Origin: Tubulanus polymorphus
Lineage: Eukaryota > Animalia > Nemertea
Assembly (NCBI RefSeq): GCF_964204645.1
Contig: NC_134027.1
Span: 18,128,560 to 18,192,559 of the forward strand
Reading direction: 5' to 3'
DNA length: 64,000 nt
The notes below the pieces were generated by a model. The model did no database searches. It was not told where the DNA came from and saw nothing but the letters and a program-made list of their open reading frames with translations. Below, piece by piece: positions 1 through 13,100 of the stretch (its first letter is position 1; every line of letters starts with the position of its first letter). The translations under genes and the position numbers were made by a program.

Positions 1-1148
1 GCATCACAAGTCATGGAAATAGAAGGCGCCGATCTGGATATAGGTGCAGAAGACCCGACAACATTATTAATCCACCAGGATAAATCATCTTTAGCCTTCT
101 CAGATAAATGAGTGACCCTAGAGTAATCATCCGCAAACCGTTTCAAACCTTGAATTTTGCATCGATCTAAATCTCGATAATGTAATGGCCCCTCAGGGAC
201 AGCAGGTAAAACAGAAACCAAAATTCCGACAACTTTGGCTATGTGATGTAATGAAGGTAATGAAGTATCTAATAATAATTTGCATTCATTCACAACCTTA
301 TGAACTTTGTCCTGACCAAGAAAAACTTTCCAAGTAATGGAATTCATCCAAAATCCCAAGAATTTACTCTGAGTACTAGGTTTCTTTTCCGATTTAACCG
401 AATGAATAACATAACCACAATTAACCAATTGTTTTTCTGTAAGGCCTACATTATCATCGCAACAAGGCTCGTCATCTCCTTGCAGATAAATATCATCAAC
501 ATAATCTACAGAAATATACCCCAATTCTCGGAGAGGAGTAAAAACAGGTTTCAGAAGCTTGGTGAAAATTCTTGGAGCCGATGAAATTCCATTCGGAAGA
601 CAGGTATACTGAAAAAGTTGACCCTTCCAAATAAATCGAAGATATTTCCGATCACTACAAGCGATATTGACAGAATAATAGGCATCTTTCAAATCTAGAG
701 AGGCCATGAAACAACCAGGAGTCATAAGACTAAGAACTGATTTCAAAGAGTTCATTTTAAAATGATAATACTTGACATGCTTGTTTAAACAAGTCAAATT
801 CAAAATAAGTCTGAATGATCCATCTTTTTTCGGAACGACGAAAATATTTGATAAAAATTGACCCCTATCAGGTGAAGCCAATTCAATAATTCCACGACTC
901 AAAAAATCTGATAATAGTGAGTCAATAGCAGAAGTTTCAACTTCATTAAATCTAATAGAACGCGGTGGAAATATTTGATCAGGAGGCACCGAATTCCATT
1001 CAATGTTATAACCCAAAACCAAATTCAAAATTGATTTGTCAGAAGTTAAAGTCTCCCAGAAAGAGAAAAAATGTTTAATTCGGCCAGCAACAGAAGATAA
1101 TTGGGAACTTACTATTTCCTCTGATGTTGACCTCTTTTCCAAAAATCC
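1..1148 (-). CDS. DIRS-type retrotransposon pol (reverse transcriptase), runs off the window start
   Basis: Manual translation of the minus strand gives VAGRIKHFFSFWETLTSDKSIL (typical DIRS pol N-terminus), FMASLDLKDAYY (~680-710) and VDYVDDIYL (~483-509), all in one frame. That frame is -1 relative to the upstream gag. Confidence 0.85.
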
Positions 1149-2392
1149 TGTTTTGGGAAATTAGAACAAGCAGGCCTTCTATATGGCTGGAATCTCCTGT
1201 TCCCATAACCTCTAGATCGATAGTTCCCACGACCTCGATCTACCATCTTCGTAACCATACGACTTGACCTTTCTATGTCTCGTAACTTGTCATCAAGTTG
1301 ATCCCCGAAAAGTTCTTTCCCAATCGGATTTGAGGGGAGCCAGATTGGCTTATAAACGTCGTTGAACCCACGCTTCAATAGTTCCCGACGTCTCAAATTC
1401 ATCTCATAATTGCTTTGCGCAAGAAGACTCAAAGAGTGATACAACGTCATACCTAACGTCTTTTTGTCCAAAGGGTCCGGACCCGATAAAAGATCCATAG
1501 CTTGTGTGACCGCAGTTATACCTCTAAGGTTATAATTCTGAATTTTTTGACATTTTAAATCAAAAGTAGCCGAATCTTTATTTAACTTCGACCAAATTGG
1601 CTGATTCACTTTAGTTACGGCCAAACTTGGAATATTCTCAGGACAAGCATACTGCCTAACGGATTTCTCTAATTTTTCAAATAAATCCTTTTTAATATCT
1701 GAATTTTCACCACTAAACCCCGTCATCAGTTTATCAACAGCTTGCGCTAACTGTTGATTTTTAATTGGGGGTCCGACATTTTTTAGACCCTCCATCTCTG
1801 ACCTAATACAGGTCATAAAATCATTGTCCTCATGTAACTGGACGTTATTATTATTACGGTCTAAATCCTGGTTAAAAATAGCCGCAAATTGGTCAGACGC
1901 ATTAAGCTCATCACCAAAATCACATTGATCCTGCTGACCAAGATCGAACCGATCATTATCACTTTGCAAATATTGAGACTCTAAAGCCTCAAGTCTTTTC
2001 TTCATCTCTAAAAACTCTGTCATGACAGGATCGACATGACTTTCAGATAAAGTCTCTGGTTGAGCTGAACCTGAGCTCTTTGACCTAACAATTCGACGAG
2101 AAATTTTTGGAATTGCTTTCGGTCTAACGGCTTTGTCCTTATCTTTTTTATCAACACTATGGCCTACGGCTACAGACTGAGAGTTCTTCTTAATCGAAGA
2201 CCCATAACAATCAGACAGAAGGAGAAAAGACTGACTCCGTCCTTCATCAATAGCCTGTTGAACTGACATTTCGTCAGCCACAAGACCAGCCGAACAAACT
2301 GACTCATCCTCATTGGCGACCGTAATTTCAGACCCAATGTCCAGTAAATCTAATTTATTATAAGCCGCCATGGCATAAACATTCAAATTCAA
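1112..2392 (-). CDS. DIRS gag-like ORF1
   Basis: 426-aa ORF with a DIRS-gag-like C-half (YACPENIPSL..VN..IW, NLRRRELLK, LFGDQL, RG-rich tail) directly upstream of the DIRS RT. Confidence 0.8.
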   Translation of the reverse strand: MNLNVYAMAAYNKLDLLDIGSEITVANEDESVCSAGLVADEMSVQQAIDEGRSQSFLLLSDCYGSSIKKNSQSVAVGHSVDKKDKDKAVRPKAIPKISRRIVRSKSSGSAQPETLSESHVDPVMTEFLEMKKRLEALESQYLQSDNDRFDLGQQDQCDFGDELNASDQFAAIFNQDLDRNNNNVQLHEDNDFMTCIRSEMEGLKNVGPPIKNQQLAQAVDKLMTGFSGENSDIKKDLFEKLEKSVRQYACPENIPSLAVTKVNQPIWSKLNKDSATFDLKCQKIQNYNLRGITAVTQAMDLLSGPDPLDKKTLGMTLYHSLSLLAQSNYEMNLRRRELLKRGFNDVYKPIWLPSNPIGKELFGDQLDDKLRDIERSSRMVTKMVDRGRGNYRSRGYGNRRFQPYRRPACSNFPKQDFWKRGQHQRK

Positions 2393-2816
2393 AATACCTT
2401 ACAACAGTAGGTAAAGAAAAAGTAAATAAATATAAACATATAAAATGTTTCACCTTACAACAGTAGATGACCACCGATAACGAACGAAAATAATTTTGAT
2501 GAGAGCACTCTCAAAATACGTCCGTCACCCACAAGGAAGTTGGACCTCAGTGACTCCGGAAGTGATCTCTTCTCATGGAATCCCGAGCATTATGACGTAA
2601 TGCTGGAGAATCAGCAATATACCTAAATAAAATAACTGGAATAACAAGAAATCAAAAATATTAAAGTGGAAAAAAACAAATGCCCGTGAACCTGTCGGAC
2701 ACACAAAAGCCGGACTCAGAAACTCTTGGACTCGGACCCGCTGAGCAATAAATTCATAAAATTGACTTTGAAAATGATTGTGGATAAACAGAAAACCCTA
2801 TTGAGATTCGCGAATT

Positions 2817-4027
2817 ATTAGGGTTTCTGCTGCCTCGGCTGTACTGTGCTTCCTATTTTAAACTTAAAGTTACTTAAAGATAACACCGGTGGAAATAGCA
2901 ATCATCAATCATGGCGCGCATACTGGCGCGAATCTGAAAGTTTGTGACGTCATTTCATAAATAAATAAAGAAGGAAGGCTCCGAGAATATCCAAATCACA
3001 TGTTACTGTGAATAACTGGGGTTCGACCATTCACAAGTTAAAAATGTACTTCCTTGTTTGTGAAGTAAATTTATTCATACTGTTATTGAACGCAGTTCCT
3101 TTTAAACAACCTATGATAGTATAGTTTTGTTCGTGGATATCAATACTTCGAAAAATCAAAAGCGGTTTATTTATTTACTGTACAGGTACGCGGTTTCTTA
3201 ATTGAATTGAATTGTACCCGTCCAAATGGTGGGTTATACTAGTTAGCGTCAGAAAATGTCAGCGTCGGTGATACCTTGTCATCGCCAATATTAAACGGTC
3301 TAAAGTCAGTTTATACATCACATACATTACAAATTGGAGGTCCGTTATACATGTACATCACATCGTGACGCAGCGGCGATTGTAATGTCATAGAAGAACA
3401 AAGTCAGTTGAAAATACCTACCCACTGCACCGATAAAGAATGATTGCTAGCCAGAGACCAGTGACAGTTAGTAATGGGGAGTGATGGTACCGTTTGTGAT
3501 TATGTTTTTATAATGGTTATTGGACGTCAATTTCATATGTAAATTGTAGTCCCCATCTGATCGCTTGACTTGTCAGACTGACTTGTCACCCCTCTACTAA
3601 TAGTAACACTATAAGGTCTTCCCTCCTGCATAGTTTACCCTATAGGCCAAATTTGTGCTTTGGGCCAAATTCTGTTTTCTTATGTAGTCGACTTTTTTCG
3701 GAACTAATAATAACCGAATATGTGCTTAAACTGTCACTAGGGAATGGTAAAAACAACGTAGCTTCGTTCTCCTCGATGTTATTTCCCCAAAACTTGGCAC
3801 ATTAGTACTTTGCGCGTAGTAGCACATGCGCGTAGTAGCACATGCACGTAGTAGCACATGTGGGTCAACATATCCATGTTCTGAGTTAACCCCTAGGTGG
3901 CACTCTTTCAAAAAAACGGAATGTAACGAATTGATTTTGGGTGAAATCTTTGCTCGCATCCCTGAACGACATTCTATCCAGAAAGGCAGAAAGGCATAAA
4001 CCCGTTATCGCTGCTTGCAGCTATATT
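2817..4027 (+). mobile_element. Non-autonomous Helentron/DINE-1-like element, family A
   Basis: 5' TTAGGGTTTCTG end and 3' AAACCCGTTATCGCTGCTTGCAGCTATATTT end (subterminal inverted repeat plus short palindrome). The same ends recur at 4027-5907, ~34005-34040, 39033-39540 and ~41075-41200. Confidence 0.6.
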
Positions 4028-5907
4028 TAGGATTTCTGCTGCCTTCGCAGAAACCCTATTGTATTCCTGCTGATTATTATTATTATTATTATTATTATAT
4101 TCTTTTCACACTGGATCTTACTGAAAGGATATAAACAACTGCAACTCACTTTCACTGTCGGTGAAACCATTCAGTATCACAAGTACTACGCTGCATTGAC
4201 AAATACTGTGTATAATATTAATTAGAACTCAACTGTTTACTCACTGTGAGCCTCTACACATCGAAATTTAAGCCCGATTCAAACAGTATCCATCTACGTA
4301 AGTGTATTGCCTACGTGTCATTCCCACAGCACGTCAGTACGTGTGTTTGTGTCATTGTCCCTATAAGCAGTGATAGAGCTGGTGTACTAGATCTGTAGTT
4401 TTTTTAGTATTTTTATATATATGTGGCGCACTGAATAGGGTCAGTCTCGAGTAAACGCAACTGAGGAATTTTTGTGCCGCATATACAAGCAATAGCATCC
4501 TTCCAGTAACTTCCCTGGATAGAGCTAATGAATGCAGCTATCTATACGCGAGAGCCTGGATGATTATATTCTGCTAGCATTACAATATTCCTTGACGGAT
4601 TTACTTGAAACTTTCGTGAGATGTACGGAACACAGGTACCTTGAGGTAAGTTGAAGGGATCTTTGATTGTTCACCCACCAGGGGGTGTTTTACATTTGAA
4701 AATTCTGACATCGAAAAGTTACTGTGTGAGAAAATTTTTTGTCTTTGACTTTTTAGCTTTGGGCGGGCACGAAAGTTGTTCATAACAGGAGGTTAAAAAG
4801 TAATGGCACGCCCTATCTGCGATTAACCGTTTCGGCTCTACGGGCTCGAAAATGGGACCCCAAATTTTTTAAAGAGATTCTCGCACCTAGCTCCTTAACC
4901 GTTGGAGATAGAATTGTGGTTACTATGAGTGATCAGTAGCCCTTGACAAGACGCTTGTATTGATGTATGGTATAACTATGTAACTCATATGGTTCTCCAG
5001 TAGCGCCACCTATAAGACGCTGGAAAACGCATTTTCATCTATATCGACTATGGGTATCAATGGATTTCTATGAAAATTGATACACATGTACCTGGTTACT
5101 AAATGCAACGAACCCCTCGCATGATCAGTTCCTATTTTAACCACTAGGGGGCGTAAATTTTGAAAAATCGATTTCAGCATCCATTTTTCGTATGTAATGC
5201 GGTCTGTTTATTATTCCAATAACAAAACTTGGTATAAGCACAAAGATATGTGTGTAATATGCCAACCTGCATGATTAGTTCATACAACTGCCACCAGGGG
5301 ACTGTGAAAACAACGATTTTTGCTCCTAGGTCCTTAACCGTTGGTGATAGAATCGAGGTTGCTGTGTGTGGTTAGTAGCCCTTTACAAGACACTTGTATT
5401 GGTGTATGGTTTAAGTAGGTAACTCATATGGTGCTCCAATAGCGCCATCTACAAATTGTTGGAAATGCATTTTCATTGATATCTGCTTATCGGATGGAGG
5501 GATTTCTATGAAAATTGATACACATGTACTTTGATATGAGATACAACGATCCCCTAACATAATTAGTTCCGATTCTAATCCCTCGGGGCGTTAATCTTGA
5601 AAAGTACATGAACATAGGTATACTAGGCTAACCAGCTAAATTAGTTGATACAACTGCCACTGTATCACTTTTTTCTTGAAGTTATTTGCCCTAAACTTGG
5701 TACATCATTACTTTGCACTTAAGAGCCATGGGTCAACATATCCATGATATGGGCTGACCCATGATACAGGCTGACCCCTAGGTGGCGCTTCTTCACAGAT
5801 AGTGGTACGTAATGAACTGATTTCAGTGAAATCTTTTGCAACCTTCCTAGTACGGTATTTAACCCGGCAAGGCAGAAACCCGTTATCGCTGCTTTGCGGC
5901 TATATTT
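4027..5907 (+). mobile_element. Non-autonomous Helentron/DINE-1-like element, family A
   Basis: TTAGGATTTCTG...CAGAAACCCT 5' hairpin, (TTA)n tract, internal tandem duplication (~4890-5320 vs ~5325-5660), 3' CAGAAACCCGTTATCGCTGCTTTGCGGCTATATTT. Confidence 0.6.
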
Positions 5908-6377
5908 ATTATTTTTTTTCTACCCTTTTCCACACAGTTTTTGTTAAAAGTGCATAGGCTTCGTTACCTTACCGCTGTTGCCGATACAATCCGTATGATA
6001 TCCTTCAGCTCACTTCGATCTCCAGATACTGCTTGGAAATTTTGATAAATCCACGTATAAAGGCACTGTCTAGCCGTAAACAGCGGAAATTTGGCCCCGT
6101 TCAATTAGTAGCCATGTTGTGTTTTCTTTCCGACATTTCTCTTGTCTTTTTGAGGAAGATCAACATCATCATCAGTTACATCAGCAAGCGCCGGTGTGCC
6201 AAGATGTTGTGTACTTTATTTCTCCACTGCTCAGGATCTGTAGTAATGTTTTACTGTTTCAATATCCGATGTTCTATTGTTGAGGTTTATGCCAATCATA
6301 GAAAGATCTTGTTAAATGTTTGACGGCCAGGTTTTACAGGGTCGTCCTCTGGGTCTTTTAGTTGATCTCAAGGACTC

Positions 6378-6650
6378 TCATAGTGCTTTACGTACTGGTG
6401 TTTGAGATGGTAGGCGCATCAGATGTCCAAGCCAAGTTAGTCGTCTTCTGGTTATGATTTCACTCCAGGGCACAGTATCTGTTCTTTTATGCAGTTCTTT
6501 GTTCCTAATAATTTTCGGCCACGTTAGTCCTAGTATTCTTAGCAGAGATCTCTGGAAAGAATGAATCTTGTTTTCTAGAGTTACGGTATGAGTCCATAGT
6601 GCGCTGTTATACAGAAATATACTACTGGTCGCTTGTTTCTCACAATTTTG
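6378..6650 (-). pseudogene. RTE-like LINE 3' fragment
   Basis: LYNSALWT...FQRSLLRILGLTW...RRRLTWLGHLMRL is the characteristic RTE-clade post-RT C-terminus. Confidence 0.7.
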
Positions 6651-7205
6651 GTTGTAGTCAGCACAACGGTTAATGCACAATGAATATCCGAGATTAAAGG
6701 ATAACAAGAGGCCCATGGGCCTTAAAGCATTGGTAGATTATACTGTGGTATTAAGTTGTTATAATGTTTTACATCTGCCGGCAAATCTTCTATGACGATG
6801 TTGATAGGGAGGACCACAGACTTAAAGGTCTATTTGTCTAGTACGATTTTATTCCTGAAAATGAATTTATTTTCTGCCGAATGATTTAGCCTAGGCTATT
6901 TGTACTGTTAAACCTCATTAATGCGATTCTGTTAAAAAGACGAAACTAGTTTATTCTGATGTTTTCCATCATGTCCCAGCCAAGATATTTATATCAATCA
7001 AGATTTGGATACAAAACCCATTTTTACGCATGAACTGTTAGGCCCCACTGAATAATGAAAACAAAAACAGACCGATTTTTCTGAATGCAATTGCAAGACC
7101 CTCTGATCTTAGAGCTCCAAGCTCTGATGCATGTACGCATGCAAAACGTCGCAGAGAGCGATGCCGGCTTTGGTGTCACTGAGGCCGGCTGATGATTGTT
7201 TGTTT

Positions 7206-7722
7206 CAGGGATGAGAACGCCGACCTGTAAAATCCGCGGGTTATTTTTCTTCAGTGACATACGCGAACCAGCTGACGGCGTAGCCGTCAGCACTAGCGAG
7301 CGCCGAAGGCGCGAAGCTATTTCGGGGGGATTTGGGGGCCCTCCCCCAAGAAAATTTTAGAAATTAAATACGTTTTCCGAGCACTTAGAGCGATCTCGAA
7401 CCCATGAACGACTATTATATTTTGGAAGGTAATGGCTAGTTCCAATGTGGTACATCCTCATTTGATGACATTCAGCATCTCATGCGTTACGGGTCGAGCC
7501 CTGAATTATTGCAGTAAAAATGCGCCGATGAATGCTCACTAAAAATCATCACCAAGTAGTGTATAATATCCGAAAGCGTTCGCCACACACACGCAGCAAC
7601 AGTAAGTACCCACCCCCCCCCCCCCATACTTTTACATCATTTTTGGACTATTTGGAAAATTGATATTTTTCAATACTGAAATCCGCGGGCAACCGCGGAT
7701 CCGCGGGGAATTCTCATCTCTG
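7206..7722. mobile_element. hAT-like MITE
   Basis: Terminal inverted repeats CAGGGATGAGAA / TTCTCATCTCTG and subterminal ATCCGCGG motifs. Part of the interior recurs inverted at ~38450-38850. Confidence 0.55.
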
Positions 7723-7723
7723 C

Positions 7724-7935
7724 TTTTTGTTTGTTTGGCTTTACGTACGTCGTTTGGATCTTGGTTTCCCAAGACTGTTCCTATTGGATTGTTCATTTAA
7801 CCTCACGACGGTACGGCCTTTGAAGTGATGCCCGCACACTGTTCGCAGCCAGCAGGACTCGAACCCACTTGTAACTCAGCATTGATAGTGGATTCAACAG
7901 CATCACGCCTTATCTCACTGAGCTACCGAGGCCGC
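7724..7935 (-). mobile_element. tRNA-derived SINE
   Basis: Minus strand: GGCCTCGGTAGCTCAGTGAG (A box) ... GGTTCGAGTCC (B box), then a body and a (CAAA)n tail. Confidence 0.65.
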
Positions 7936-8939
7936 TCGATTCAATTCCAAAAATCTACAGCAGCGGCAAATAACCATCGCAATATTGCAATATAGACAAA
8001 CAACGCGTAAATTCAATCACTGTTGTTTAACGCATGGAAAAGATAATAAAAGGTATTTTTTCCCGGCGCGCATTACAAAGCAAATCTCTGCCGAGTGCGT
8101 AAGAGGGTGCTACCGCCTTATGAGTGTGCAGCAGGCGGGTAGGGCGTCCTAAAAAGAAAACTTATATTAGAATATAGCCGAATCGAATTGTACAATGTCA
8201 GTCAACTGATTGATAATACAACATGGTTGTTCTCGGCGTCCTTAACAATGATATTTTCTTCCAATAAACAACTATGGTAAAATTGAATAAAATGATCTAT
8301 CTTTATTGGTGATATCGTATCATGGTGGTAGCCTACCGTTACCGTTTGATGTTTCGTGTCAACATGAAATGGTTTTAACTTTAGTAAAGGCGTTCCCGCA
8401 CGATCACATACGCGTTTCAGTCACGATTAGGCTGCCGTTCCACTGCTCTAGAAATACGTATTCTGACGCTGAGAATTAATCCCAAATAATCCCATGGATA
8501 CTTGGAATAACAGTGATATCCAAAAACTGTGATATTTATAAACCGGAGGTACATAATTTTATGTTTTTCTATTCAGAAGAGGCTGTTCCCCATTCTTTAC
8601 TGCCAATTTCAATGCGGACATATCGCTACGCGATTGTTTAACCCGCTCTCATCAACCAGATAATGAAAATGTGATCGAATAACTTTTTGGACCATTAAAT
8701 CAGAAATCTGGCGACGCTATGTTGTGGGGAATAAACATTTTTTTTAGTAATTTTCAGCCGTTTCTAATGTTTTACGTGAACGGAGTGACAATTTGAAGTT
8801 ACTATGAAAATGAGAAGAGTCGGCGCTATTTTTTCGTACTACTATTTTCTATCCATTTTACTTGCATTTGAATGACGTCATAGACGTCAACCAATGCTAA
8901 AAATCATGCACCCTAAAGTCTCTAAATGAATTATAGCTG

Positions 8940-9261
8940 TCACAACTGGTAATTACATAATCGACCACCGATTTGTCTTTACACGTTAGCTTTCCTGAGG
9001 AGTCATGTTGCCTGCCGTTTAATATGAACAATTGACAGCCTTTGCATAATTCAATTAGTCGTTCGCCGAAATTATTGGAGACTTTGTCTTTTGATTGCCG
9101 CGCTTGTATATTATCAATTTGCTTTTCCTGGGTTGTTGTTTGTCAAATTCAATTGTTTCGGGCAGGTTTCCTGTGCGGGCATTGAAATCTCCTAATAGAC
9201 AAATTTGTTTACCTGTTCCTTGAAATTCAATTATATCTGCTTCCAGATACCTCAATTCCAT
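8940..9261 (-). pseudogene. LINE AP-endonuclease fragment
   Basis: LLGDFNARTG motif, with SVVDYVI downstream in another frame. Confidence 0.7.
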
Positions 9262-9269
9262 AGGCCTGA

Positions 9270-9749
9270 TTTGCTCTCAAGTCAAGTTGAAATAGACATT
9301 AGGATAACGGTCTTAATAGGACCAGAAAGGACAAGCAGTCGACCTAAATCATCATTTTAATCGATTTGAAACTGTATTGAAGGATATCCGAAAGTCTTTA
9401 CTGAAAGGGGTTAAATGAAGAGAAGTGACTCCATGATTTGAAAGTCTAAATTGATTTGACTGTTTCCATGCCTATGTACCAAACTTCAGTTGATAGGCAT
9501 GGAGGCATAGGCATAGATAGGCATGTTGAACTTTCAAATCATGGAGTCTCTTTTCTCTTAGGAACCCCTCTCAATGCAATTTTTTTTGATATCCTTCGGT
9601 ACAGTTTGAAGTGGATTAAAAAACGATATTTTAGGTCAGCTGCCAATGCATTCTGTTCCTAATAAGACTTTTGTCAGGTATGTACTACCAAAACCGACTG
9701 AGCTAGGCTACCAGGAATGCTCTCAAGTCAGGTTGAAATAGACATTAGA
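9270..9749. mobile_element. Degenerate foldback MITE (…GAAATAGACATTAG terminus family)
   Basis: Imperfect inverted arms around ~9500. A related copy at ~30030-30303 ends in the same GAAATAGACATTAG. Confidence 0.55.
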
Positions 9750-10122
9750 TAAAACCTAGTAATATTTGACATAGGCCTCCCGGTATAGGCCTAAAGGCTG
9801 GCTTATGTCGACAAGCAACGCGACGCCTACCGATGCAATGGGTTTATCGCCAATTAGCTGCAACTAGCGGCCTACGAGAGCTCGATCGGTTCGACATAAG
9901 CCGGCTTGCGACGGCAACCCGACGCCTACCGACTCGTCGCAAGCCGTATCCGGCTAGTTGCCCATGTTCTACTCTGGCCTACGGTAGGCGGACAGTTGCT
10001 TTCGATCGCAACTGACATAAGCTCATCTGCAACGCGACGGAACTGAACGCAGGGGTTCCAGCCAATAGGACACCGCATATACATAGTACAAATTATCACC
10101 ACTAGTTAGCGTCATTTGTAAT

Positions 10123-13100
10123 TGTTATGTACTATGATGTACTGTACTTAAGGGCCACCTGTGAATAAACTAGGGTATCATACAAATGGCGACTTGATCG
10201 TTATTGTTTCGGACCTGTCCCATCTAAACAAAACATGGTGTCAGAATTGTTGATTAGAGACTTGAGGTAAACTAACGTTAGAAATGGAAGGACTGAAACC
10301 TCCGATTTTTAAAAAGTGAGAACAAGCTTTGCTGGCGCAAGCCTGGAGAGAATATATTGATGAATTTGAAATTTATCTCGTGGCTGCCGACAAGATGGGC
10401 GCGGCTGCTGAGCAAAAAATTGGCTTGTTAAAATATTCCCTGGGACGCGAGTATCAGAAAGTTTTTCTGACTTTTGGTCTTAGTGTTGAAGATGGAAAAG
10501 ACTATATAAAGTGAAGACTTATTTATTCCTGAAGATGACTATTAGGATATAGTCGAAACGTTGAAATAAACTACTATCTCGAAGTTTCATTTTCAGTCTT
10601 TTTATTATCATTGTGGGATTCTCTCCTCAAGACTTTGTATACATGCCAATTATTTTGAACCTCACAAACTGAAAAAAGGCTATATAACCATGTTCGTGAG
10701 AAGGAAGCAAAGTGAAAATGAAACTATTTCCGAATATATAACAGCCTTAGAAGAACTTGCAGAATTATGTGAATTTGGCGACCAGAAAGACACACAGTTG
10801 AGTGTTTTGCTATCAGTAACGGTGTTAAAGAAGCGAAATTAAGGGACAAATTATGGAGTGAGGACTTGAAGCTCGATGCTATAATAAAAAAAGCCTTATT
10901 GTATGAACAACAGCAAAATGCCAAAGAACTTTACACCGAACCCATAACCACAACCCCTTCCGTCAATTACTTTCGAGGCCGAGGTATTGGTCGTAGTAGT
11001 TATCAGGGTTGTGGTCAAGGAAGTTCTAACAGGGCCAGGGGTAGAAATATGTCGTATAATCGTGGTCGTGGAACTGGTGGAAGACCTAGTGAGCCAGGTA
11101 GACCTAGTAGTAACCCCTGAGGTGCCTGTGGATCTGTTCACGCTCGAGGACGCTGTCCAGCTTACAATAAGCAGTGTCATTATTGTAAGAAAAACAAAGG
11201 TGTGCCGCGAGAAGATGCATACGCTTACAGTTCATCATGGAGAACACCGAGATACAGATGACGAATTTGAATTTGTTCATCGTGATGAAGTGCTTGGTTC
11301 ATATAGTATAAGTAGTTGTAATTCTGAAGCGGAAAAATGGAAAGCTAAATTTGAAATGGCGTATGGTGCAATCGTGTTTAAGATCGATTCCGGTGCTGAT
11401 GCCAACGCGATGTCGTATAAAACATATAACTCGATAGGAACGAAGAAACCGCCACTGTTAAAATCTAACGCATTGTTATTTGGTTTTGGAGCGTAACCAA
11501 TAAAACCGGTCAGTAGATTCGAATTACCTATTGCGTATAAAGGAGAAAAGACGTCGATTACTTGTGAGATAGTACAGGGAAATGTTCCTAATATACTAAG
11601 TCTGAAAGACTCGATAAGACTAAATTTGATCAAAAGAGTAGATAATGTATCAGAAGCTGAACCCATCGTTAATTATAATAAACAACATGTAGATACAGGA
11701 AGTAAACGGAGAAGTGTTAAAGAATGTAAAACCAGTATAAATGATGTAACTGATGTGGAATTCGCAAGTGTAATAGAAAAATGTCCACATCCTGAAGTTA
11801 GAGAGTTATTATATGAGTTTTAAGAGGTATTCAGTGGTATTGGCAAAATGCCAGGTAAAGTTTCCTTAAAGTATGACCCAGATGTGCCACCTGTTGCACA
11901 CCCTTGTAGACCCATACCAGGGCCCCTATTCGAACCTGCTAAAAGGAAACTAGACAAGCTTGTTGAGGATTATATCCTAGAGAAAATTCCCGCAGGTGTA
12001 CCAACACCATGGTGTAGCTCTCTACTAATAGTACCTAAGAAGGGTCAAGATGTTAATGTTGACGTGAGAGTGACTATTGATCCCCGGAATCTTAACAAGG
12101 CTCTTCTTAGAGAATACTACCCTATAAATACAGTAGACGAAATAATCAGTTCTGGTGAGTTGGATGATTGCAAAGTTTTTGGTGTATTAAATGCAAATGC
12201 AGGATATTTTCAAATAGAGTTAGATGAGGAGTCTAGCCTTCTTAAAGCCTTCAATTACCCCATTTGGAAGGTTCCGATATAAAAGACTGCCAATGGGAAT
12301 CTCATCAGCACCTGAAATCTTCCAACGGAAGATGGTGGAAATATTTGGTGATCTTAAGGTCAAGGTTATTATGGATCATTTACTCTGTGGTTCTGAAAAT
12401 GGATCTGAGCATTGTAAAGAGTTAAGACCAATATTACAGCGCGCTTAAGAACACAATGTAAAATTCTCATTGAGAAAATTGAATCTCTGTAAATCTGAGG
12501 TAACATATTCAGGTCATGTATTTTCAAGCGAGGGTATTAAAATAGACCCCGAAAAGACTAAAGCTGTATTAAATATGCCAGAACCGAGTTGTGTAACTGA
12601 TGTTCAAGCCCTATTGGGTATGGTGAACTATACTGGCAAATTCCACAAAAACTTGTCAGATGTGACAATCAAAAAACTTATGTGTGAAGCACCTGTGTTA
12701 AAGTATTACTCAATGGAAAAACCAGTGACCTTACAATGTGACGCTAGTAAAGATGGAGTTGGTGCATGGTTAGTTCAGGATGGGCACCCTGTGGCCTATG
12801 GGTCAAAAGCTCTAACGTCAACCGAAAAAGCATACACTCAGATAGAAAAGGAGCGTTTGGCGATAGTCTTTGGGTTCCGTAAATTTCATACTTACCTATA
12901 TGGTAATAATAGAGTTACTGTCGAAACGGACCATGCACCGTTAGTTAGAATATTTGAGAAACCATTAAGTATGATCCCATTGAGGTTACAAAAAATGAGG
13001 ATGCGATTGCAACACTACCAATTTCAGATAAGAGCATTACCAGGTAAAGATCCGGTAGCTGATTGTTTGAGTAGGTCATTTCTCTCTGATACATGTGCAA

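Noticed and set aside
300-584. Plus-strand 94-aa ORF
   Set aside because: Antisense shadow of the DIRS RT.
7850-7935. Functional tRNA gene
   Set aside because: A and B boxes are present, but I cannot fold a convincing cloverleaf, and it continues into a body and simple-repeat tail like a SINE.
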